Shown here: piece by piece, positions 54,406 through 64,000 of the stretch | Layout of the letters: each line of letters starts with the position of its first letter | Numbering within the stretch: the stretch's first letter is position 1 | Origin: Auanema rhodensis | Lineage: Eukaryota > Animalia > Nematoda | Direction of reading: 5' to 3' | DNA length: 64,000 nucleotides | Assembly (NCBI GenBank): GCA_964057225.1 | Contig: OZ059894.1 | Location: forward strand, 20,708,001-20,772,000 | The notes under the pieces: model-generated | What the model was told of the DNA's origin: nothing | The model's input: the letters and a program-made list of their open reading frames with translations, nothing else | Databases searched by the model: none | Made by a program: the position numbers and the translations under genes

Positions 54406-57400
54406 ATGTACACTCAACATTGCTTCCAAAAACATTTTGACAAAAATTTTTTCGAAAAATTTCAGAATAATTTAGCAAAAAGTAGATGTTTTTAGATTCC
54501 ATTTTTCAAGGCGAAGACGATGGACAATGTTATTCGACGAAAAAATTAATTCTTCAGGGTGAAAATCGAGGATATAAGTGTGAACTTATATCAGTTGATA
54601 TCTCGGTGCATTTTTAAGCTAGCGCAAATCTGATAACACAGATCGACGCAACTTAAAAATCCGCATCGAATGCACTATACTACATTGAGAAACGCTTAAT
54701 ACAAAAATTAGTTATGATCGTTTGAAAAATGATGCATTAGTGTATGTTGAGTTTCCATGTACACTCAACATTGCTTCCAAAAACATTTTGACAAAAATTT
54801 TTTCGAGAAATTTCAAAATAATTTAGCAAAAAGTAGATGTTTTTAGATTCCTTTTTTCAAGGCAAAGACGATGGACAATGTTATTCAACGAAAAAATTAA
54901 TTCTTCAGGGTGAAAATCGAGGATATAAGTGTGAACTTATATCAGTTGATATCTCGGTGCATTTTTAAGCTAGCGCAAATCTGATAACACAGATCGACGC
55001 AACTTAAAAATCCGCATCGAATGCACTATACTACATTGAGAAACGCTTAATACAAAAATTAGTTATGATCGTTTGAAAAATGATGCATTAGTGTATGTTG
55101 AGTTTCCATGTACACTCAACATTGCTTCCAAAAACATTTTGACAAAAATTTTTTCGAGAAATTTCAAAATAATTTAGCAAAAAGTAGATGTTTTTAGATT
55201 CCTTTTTTCAAGGCAAAGACGATGGACAATGTTATTCAACGAAAAAATTAATTCTTCAGGGTGAAAATCGAGGATATAAGTGTGAACTTATATCAGTTGA
55301 TATCTCTGTGCATTTTTAAGCTAGCGCAAATCTGATAACACAGATCGACGCAACTTAAAAATCCGCATCGAATGCACTATACTACATTGAGAAACGCTTA
55401 ATACAAAAATTAGTTATGATCGTTTGAAAAATGATGCATTAGTGTATGTTGAGTTTCCATGTACACTCAACATTGCTTCCAAAAACATTTTGACAAAAAT
55501 TTTTTCGAAAAATTTCAAAATAATTTAGCAAAAAGTAGATGTTTTTAGATTCCTTTTTTCAAGGCAAAGACGATGGACAATGTTATTCAACGAAAAAAAT
55601 AATTCTTCAGGGTGAAAATCGAGGATATAAGTGTGAACTTATATCAGTTGATATCTCGGTGAATTTTTAAGCTAGCGCGAATCTGATAACACAGATCGAC
55701 GCAGCTTAAAAATCCGCATCGAATGCACTATACTACATTGAGAAACGCTTAATACAAAAATTAGTTATGATCGTTTGAAAAATGATGCATTAGTGTATGT
55801 TGAGTTTCCATGTACACTCAACATTGCTTCCAAAAACATTTTGACAAAAATTTTTTCGAAAAATTTCAGAATAATTTAGCAAAAAGTAGATGTTTTTAGA
55901 TTCCATTTTTCAAGGCGAAGACGATGGACAATGTTATTCGACGAAAAAATTAATTCTTCAGGGTGAAAATCGAGGATATAAGTGTGAACTTATATCAGTT
56001 GATATCTCGGTGCATTTTTAAGCTAGCGCAAATCTGATAACACAGATCGACGCAGCTTAAAAATCCGCATCGAATGCACTACACTACATTGAGAAACGCT
56101 TAATACAAAAATTAGTTATGATCGTTTGAAAAATGATGCATTAGTGTATGTTGAGTTTCCATGTACACTCAACATTTCTTCCAAAAACATTTTGACAAAA
56201 ATTTTTTCGAAAAATTTCGAAATAATTTAGCAAAAAGTAGATGTTTTTAGATTCCATTTTTCAAGGCAAAGACGATGGACAATGTTATTCAACGAAAAAA
56301 TTAATTCTTCAGGGTGAAAATCGAGGATATAAGTGTGAACTTATATCAGTTGATATCTCGGTGCATTTTTAAGCTAGCGCAAATCTGATAACACAGATCG
56401 ACGCAACTTAAAAATCCGCATCGAATGCACTATACTACATTGAGAAACGCTTAATACAAAAATTAGTTATGATCGTTTGAAAAATGATGCATTAGTGTAT
56501 GTTGAGTTTCCATGTACACTCAACATTGCTTCCAAAAACATTTTGACAAAAATTTTTTCGAGAAATTTCAAAATAATTTAGCAAAAAGTAGATGTTTTTA
56601 GATTCCTTTTTTCAAGGCAAAGACGATGGACAATGTTATTCAACGAAAAAATTAAGTCTTCAGGGTGAAAATCGAGGATATAAGTGTGAACTTATATCAG
56701 TTGATATCTCTGTGCATTTTTAAGCTAGCGCAAATCTGATAACACAGATCGACGCAACTTAAAAATCCGCATCGAATGCACTATACTACATTGAGAAACG
56801 CTTAATACAAAAATTAGTTATGATCGTTTGAAAAATGATGCATTAGTGTATGTTGAGTTTCCATGTACACTCAACATTGCTTCCAAAAACATTTTGACAA
56901 AAATTTTTTCGAAAAATTTCAAAATAATTTAGCAAAAAGTAGATGTTTTTAGATTCCTTTTTTCAAGGCAAAGACGATGGACAATGTTATTCAACGAAAA
57001 AATTAATTCTTCAGGGTGAAAATCGAGGATATAAGTGTGAACTTATATCAGTTGATATCTCGGTGAATTTTTAAGCTAGCGCGAATCTGATAACACAGAT
57101 CGACGCAGCTTAAAAATCCGCATCGAATGCACTATACTACATTGAGAAACGCTTAATACAAAAATTAGTTATGATCGTTTGAAAAATGATGCATTAGTGT
57201 ATGTTGAGTTTCCATGTACACTCAACATTGCTTCCAAAAACATTTTGACAAAAATTTTTTCGAAAAATTTCAGAATAATTTAGCAAAAAGTAGATGTTTT
57301 TAGATTCCATTTTTCAAGGCGAAGACGATGGACAATGTTATTCGACGAAAAAATTAATTCTTCAGGGTGAAAATCGAGGATATAAGTGTGAACTTATATC

Positions 57401-60021
57401 AGTTGATATCTCGGTGCATTTTTAAGCTAGCGCAAATCTGATAACACAGATCGACGCAACTTAAAAATCCGCATCGAATGCACTATACTACATTGAGAAA
57501 CGCTTAATACAAAAATTAGTTATGATCGTTTGAAAAATGATGCATTAGTGTATGTTGAGTTTCCATGTACACTCAACATTGCTTCCAAAAACATTTTGAC
57601 AAAAATTTTTTCGAGAAATTTCAAAATAATTTAGCAAAAAGTAGATGTTTTTAGATTCCTTTTTTCAAGGCAAAGACGATGGACAATGTTATTCAACGAA
57701 AAAATTAATTCTTCAGGGTGAAAATCGAGGATATAAGTGTGAACTTATATCAGTTGATATCTCGGTGCATTTTTAAGCTAGCGCAAATCTGATAACACAG
57801 ATCGACGCAACTTAAAAATCCGCATCGAATGCACTATACTACATTGAGAAACGCTTAATACAAAAATTAGTTATGATCGTTTGAAAAATGATGCATTAGT
57901 GTATGTTGAGTTTCCATGTACACTCAACATTGCTTCCAAAAACATTTTGACAAAAATTTTTTCGAGAAATTTCAAAATAATTTAGCAAAAAGTAGATGTT
58001 TTTAGATTCCTTTTTTCAAGGCAAAGACGATGGACAATGTTATTCAACGAAAAAATTAATTCTTCAGGGTGAAAATCGAGGATATAAGTGTGAACTTATA
58101 TCAGTTGATATCTCTGTGCATTTTTAAGCTAGCGCAAATCTGATAACACAGATCGACGCAACTTAAAAATCCGCATCGAATGCACTATACTACATTGAGA
58201 AACGCTTAATACAAAAATTAGTTATGATCGTTTGAAAAATGATGCATTAGTGTATGTTGAGTTTCCATGTACACTCAACATTGCTTCCAAAAACATTTTG
58301 ACAAAAATTTTTTCGAAAAATTTCAAAATAATTTAGCAAAAAGTAGATGTTTTTAGATTCCTTTTTTCAAGGCAAAGACGATGGACAATGTTATTCAACG
58401 AAAAAATTGATTCTTCAGGGTGAAAATCGAGGATATAAGTGTGAACTTATATCAGTTGATATCTCGGTGAATTTTTAAGCTAGCGCGAATCTGATAACAC
58501 AGATCGAGGCAGCTTAAAAATCCGCATCGAATGCACTATACTACATTGAGAAACGCTTAATACAAAAATTAGTTATGATCGTTTGAAAAATGATGCATTA
58601 GTGTATGTTGAGTTTCCATGTACACTCAACATTGCTTCCAAAAACATTTTGACAAAAATTTTTTCGAAAAATTTCAGAATAATTTAGCAAAAAGTAGATG
58701 TTTTTAGATTCCATTTTTCAAGGCGAAGACGATGGACAATGTTATTCGACGAAAAAATTAATTCTTCAGGGTGAAAATCGAGGATATAAGTGTGAACTTA
58801 TATCAGTTGATATCTCGGTGCATTTTTAAGCTAGCGCAAATCTGATAACACAGATCGACGCAGCTTAAAAATCCGCATCGAATGCACTACACTACATTGA
58901 GAAACGCTTAATACAAAAATTAGTTATGATCGTTTGAAAAATGATGCATTAGTGTATGTTGAGTTTCCATGTACACTCAACATTTCTTCCAAAAACATTT
59001 TGACAAAAATTTTTTCGAAAAATTTCGAAATAATTTAGCAAAAAGTAGATGTTTTTAGATTCCATTTTTCAAGGCAAAGACGATGGACAATGTTATTCAA
59101 CGAAAAAATTAATTCTTCAGGGTGAAAATCGAGGATATAAGTGTGAACTTATATCAGTTGATATCTCGGTGCATTTTTAAGCTAGCGCAAATCTGATAAC
59201 ACAGATCGACGCAACTTAAAAATCCGCATCGAATGCACTATACTACATTGAGAAACGCTTAATACAAAAATTAGTTATGATCGTTTGAAAAATGATGCAT
59301 TAGTGTATGTTGAGTTTCCATGTACACTCAACATTGCTTCCAAAAACATTTTGACAAAAATTTTTTCGAGAAATTTCAAAATAATTTAGCAAAAAGTAGA
59401 TGTTTTTAGATTCCTTTTTTCAAGGCAAAGACGATGGACAATGTTATTCAACGAAAAAATTAATTCTTCAGGGTGAAAATCGAGGATATAAGTGTGAACT
59501 TATATCAGTTGATATCTCTGTGCATTTTTAAGCTAGCGCAAATCTGATAACACAGATCGACGCAACTTAAAAATCCGCATCGAATGCACTATACTACATT
59601 GAGAAACGCTTAATACAAAAATTAGTTATGATCGTTTGAAAAATGATGCATTAGTGTATGTTGAGTTTCCATGTACACTCAACATTGCTTCCAAAAACAT
59701 TTTGACAAAAATTTTTTCGAAAAATTTCAAAATAATTTAGCAAAAAGTAGATGTTTTTAGATTCCTTTTTTCAAGGCAAAGACGATGGACAATGTTATTC
59801 AACGAAAAAATTAATTCTTCAGGGTGAAAATCGAGGATATAAGTGTGAACTTATATCAGTTGATATCTCGGTGAATTTTTAAGCTAGCGCGAATCTGATA
59901 ACACAGATCGACGCAGCTTAAAAATCCGCATCGAATGCACTATACTACATTGAGAAACGCTTAATACAAAAATTAGTTATGATCGTTTGAAAAATGATGC
60001 ATTAGTGTATGTTGAGTTTCC
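54406..60021 (+). repeat. Tandem 8-monomer (2808 bp) duplication (monomers 156-163 and 164-171)
   Basis: Both halves have the same order of eight haplotypes. The differences I saw are at 55599, 56656, 58409 and 58508. Confidence 0.88.
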
Positions 60022-63000
60022 ATGTACACTCAACATTGCTTCCAAAAACATTTTGACAAAAATTTTTTCGAAAAATTTCAGAATAATTTAGCAAAAAGTA
60101 GATGTTTTTAGATTCCATTTTTCAAGGCAAAGACGATGGACAATGTTATTCAACGAAAAAATTAATTCTTCAGGGTGAAAATCGAGGATATAAGTGTGAA
60201 CTTATATCAGTTGATATCTCGGTGCATTTTTAAGCTAGCGCAAATCTGATAACACAGATCGACGCAGCTTCAAAATCCGCATCGAATGCACTATACTACA
60301 TTGAAAAACGCTTAATACAAAAATTAGTTATGATCGTTTGAAAAATGATGCATTAGTGTATGTTGAGTTTCCATGTACACTCAACATTGCTTCCAAAAAC
60401 ATTTTGACAAAAATTTTTTCGAGAAATTTCAAAATAATTTAGCAAAAAGTAGATGTTTTTAGATTCCTTTTTTCAAGGCAAAGACGATGGACAATGTTAT
60501 TCAACGAAAAAATTAATTCTTCAGGGTGAAAATCGAGGATATAAGTGTGAACTTATATCAGTTGATATCTCTGTGCATTTTTAAGCTAGCGCAAATCTGA
60601 TAACACAGATCGACGCAGCTTCAAAATCCGCATCGAATGCACTATACTACATTGAGAAACGCTTAATACAAAAATTAGTTATGATCGTTTGAAAAATGAT
60701 GCATTAGTGTATGTTGAGTTTCCATGTACACTCAACATTGCTTCCAAAAACATTTTGACAAAAATTTTTTCGAAAAATTTCGAAATAATTTAGCAAAAAG
60801 TAGATGTTTTTAGATTCCATTTTTCAAGGCAAAGACGATGGACAATGTTATTCAACGAAAAAATTAATTCTTCAGGGTGAAAATCGAGGATATAAGTGTG
60901 AACTTATATCAGTTGATATCTCGGTGCATTTTTAAGCTAGCGCAAATCTGATAACACAGATCGACGCAGCTTAAAAATCCGCATCGAATGCACTATACTA
61001 CATTGAGAAACGCTTAATACAAAAATTAGTTATGATCGTTTGAAAAATGATGCATTAGTGTATGTTGAGTTTCCATGTACACTCAACATTGCTTCCAAAA
61101 ACATTTTGACAAAAATTTTTTCGAAAAATTTCAAAATAATTTAGCAAAAAGTAGATGTTTTTAGATTCCATTTTTCAAGGCAAAGACGATGGACAATGTT
61201 ATTCAACGAAAAAATTAATTCTTCAGGGTGAAAATCGAGGATATAAGTGTGAACTTATATCAGTTGATATCTCGGTGCATTTTTAAGCTAGCGCAAATCT
61301 GATAACACAGATCGACGCAGCTTAAAAATCCGCATCGAATGCACTATACTACATTGAGAAACGCTTAATACAAAAATTAGTTATGATCGTTTGAAAAATG
61401 ATGCATTAGTGTATGTTGAGTTTCCATGTACACTTAACATTGCTTCCAAAAACATTTTGACAAAAATTTTTTCGAAAAATTTCAAAATAATTTAGCAAAA
61501 AGTAGATGTTTTTAGATTCCATTTTTCAAGGCAAAGACGATGGACAATGTTATTCAACGAAAAAATTAATTCTTCAGGGTGAAAATCGAGGATATAAGTG
61601 TGAACTTATATCAGTTGATATCTCGGTGCATTTTTAAGCTAGCGCAAATCTGATAACACAGATCGACGCAGCTTAAAAATCCGCATCGAATGCACTATAC
61701 TACATTGAGAAACGCTTAATACAAAAATTAGTTATGATCGTTTGAAAAATGATGCATTAGTGTATGTTGAGTTTCCATGTACACTTAACATTGCTTCCAA
61801 AAACATTTTGACAAAAATTTTTTCGAAAAATTTCAAAATAATTTAGCAAAAAGTAGATGTTTTTAGATTCCTTTTTTCAAGGCAAAGACGATGGACAATG
61901 TTATTCAACGAAAAAATTAATTCTTCAGGGTGAAAATCGAGGATAAAAGTGTGAACTTATATCAGTTGATATCTCGGTGCATTTTTAAGCTAGCGCAAAT
62001 CTGATAACACAGATCGACGCAGCTTAAAAATCCGCATCGAATGCACTATACTACATTGAGAAACGCTTAATACAAAAATTAGTTATGATCGTTTGAAAAA
62101 TGATGCATTAGTGTATGTTGAGTTTCCATGTACACTCAACATTGCTTCCAAAAACATTTTGACAAAAATTTTTTCGAAAAATTTCGAAATAATTTAGCAA
62201 AAAGTAGATGTTTTTAGATTCCATTTTTCAAGGCAAAGACGATGGACAATGTTATTCAACGAAAAAATTAATTCTTCAGGGTGAAAATCGAGGATATAAG
62301 TGTGAACTTATATCAGTTGATATCTCGGTGCATTTTTAAGCTAGCGCAAATCTGATAACACAGATCGACGCAGCTTCAAAATCCGCATCGAATGCACTAT
62401 ACTACATTGAGAAACGCTTAATACAAAAATTAGTTATGATCGTTTGAAAAATGATGCATTAGTGTATGTTGAGTTTCCATGTACACTCAACATTGCTTCC
62501 AAAAACATTTTGACAAAAATTTTTTCGAGAAATTTCAAAATAATTCAGCAAAAAGTAGATGTTTTTAGATTCCTTTTTTCAAGGCAAAGACGATGGACAA
62601 TGTTATTCAACGAAAAAATTAATTCTTCAGGGTGAAAATCGAGGATATAAGTGTGAACTTATATCAGTTGATATCTCGGTGAATTTTTAAGCTAGCGCGA
62701 ATCTGATAACACAGATCGACGCAGCTTAAAAATCCGCATCGAATGCACTATACTACATTGAGAAACGCTTAATACAAAAATTAGTTATGATCGTTTGAAA
62801 AATGATGCATTAGTGTATGTTGAGTTTCCATGTACACTCAACATTGCTTCCAAAAACATTTTGACAAAAATTTTTTCGAAAAATTTCAGAATAATTTAGC
62901 AAAAAGTAGATGTTTTTAGATTCCATTTTTCAAGGCAAAGACGATGGACAATGTTATTCAACGAAAAAATTAATTCTTCAGGGTGAAAATCGAGGATATA

Positions 63001-64000
63001 AGTGTGAACTTATATCAGTTGATATCTCGGTGCATTTTTAAGCTAGCGCAAATCTGATAACACAGATCGACGCAGCTCAAAAATCCGCATCGAATGCACT
63101 ATACTACATTGAGAAACGCTTAATACAAAAATTAGTTATGATCGTTTGAAAAATGATGCATTAGTGTATGTTGAGTTTCCATGTACACTCAACATTGCTT
63201 CCAAAAACATTTTGACAAAAATTTTTTCGAAAAATTTCGAAATAATTTAGCAAAAAGTAGATGTTTTTAGATTCCATTTTTCAAGGCAAAGACGATGGAC
63301 AATGTTATTCAACGAAAAAATTAATTCTTCAGGGTGAAAATCGAGGATATAAGTGTGAACTTATATCAGTTGATATCTCTGTGCATTTTTAAGCTAGCGC
63401 AAATCTGATAACACAGATCGACGCAACTTAAAAATCCGCATCGAATGCACTATACTACATTGAGAAACGCTTAATACAAAAATTAGTTATGATCGTTTGA
63501 AAAATGATGCATTAGTGTATGTTGAGTTTCCATGTACACTCAACATTGCTTCCAAAAACATTTTGACAAAAATTTTTTCGAAAAATTTCAGAATAATTTA
63601 GCAAAAAGTAGATGTTTTTAGATTCCATTTTTCAAGGCAAAGACGATGGACAATGTTATTGAACGAAAAAATTAATTCTTCAGGGTGAAAATCGAGGATA
63701 TAAGTGTGAACTTATATCAGTTGATATCTCGGTGCATTTTTAAGCTAGCGCAAATCTGATAACACAGATCGACGCAGCTCAAAAATCCGCATCGAATGCA
63801 CTATACTACATTGAGAAACGCTTAATACAAAAATTAGTTATGATCGTTTGAAAAATGATGCATTAGTGTATGTTGAGTTTCCATGTACACTCAACATTGC
63901 TTCCAAAAACATTTTGACAAAAATTTTTTCGAAAAATTTCGAAATAATTTAGCAAAAAGTAGATGTTTTTAGATTCCATTTTTCAAGGCAAAGACGATGG

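Larger units (their letters stand above)
1..64000. repeat. Tandem satellite DNA array, 351-bp monomer, ~182.3 head-to-tail copies, single orientation
   Basis: ATGTACACTCAACATT recurs at 1, 352, 703 and onward, and exactly every 7020 bp (20 x 351) at 7021, 14041, 21061, 28081, 35101, 42121, 49141, 56161 and 63181. All 24 ORF starts differ by multiples of 351. Monomers differ by only a few substitutions. Monomer 1 has 111/351 G+C. Confidence 0.99.

Noticed and set aside
4178-62635. 24 copies of a 63-aa ORF as a tandem gene family
   Set aside because: It has a TTG start and no recognisable domain, and about 87% of monomers have an internal TAG. It simply tracks one SNP (T68C) in a satellite haplotype.
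1-64000. CRISPR array or other repeat-spacer system
   Set aside because: There are no unique spacers; the entire 351 bp repeats, and there are no cas or other genes.
1-64000. Synthetic or rolling-circle concatemer artefact
   Set aside because: Variants form shared, hierarchically duplicated haplotypes rather than random errors, as expected for a naturally evolved array.
1-64000. Embedded transposon, inversion or unique island
   Set aside because: The 351-bp phase and orientation are unbroken at all checkpoints, and I saw no non-monomer sequence.

Overview
The whole 64 kb window is one uninterrupted head-to-tail tandem array of a 351-bp AT-rich monomer (about 182.3 copies; about 32% GC by hand count of monomer 1), and it runs off both ends. 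It looks like eukaryotic satellite DNA (centromeric, pericentromeric or possibly telomeric heterochromatin). I cannot assign the species or family. There are no credible genes, RNA genes, transposons or CRISPR spacers. The 24 near-identical 63-aa ORFs come from one monomer haplotype in which a TAG>CAG change removes a stop. Monomers differ only by a few substitutions, with no visible indels. These SNP haplotypes reveal a recurring 3-monomer unit, local 3-, 5- and 8-monomer duplications, 13- and 15-monomer offset matches, a 44-monomer (15,444 bp) offset duplication and nested variant domains. The monomer is rich in dyad symmetry, including a ~67-nt hairpin and a GNRA-capped 9-bp hairpin. One common variant creates a perfect heat-shock-element consensus. 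Monomer n starts at 351*(n-1)+1; 'pos' means position within the monomer.
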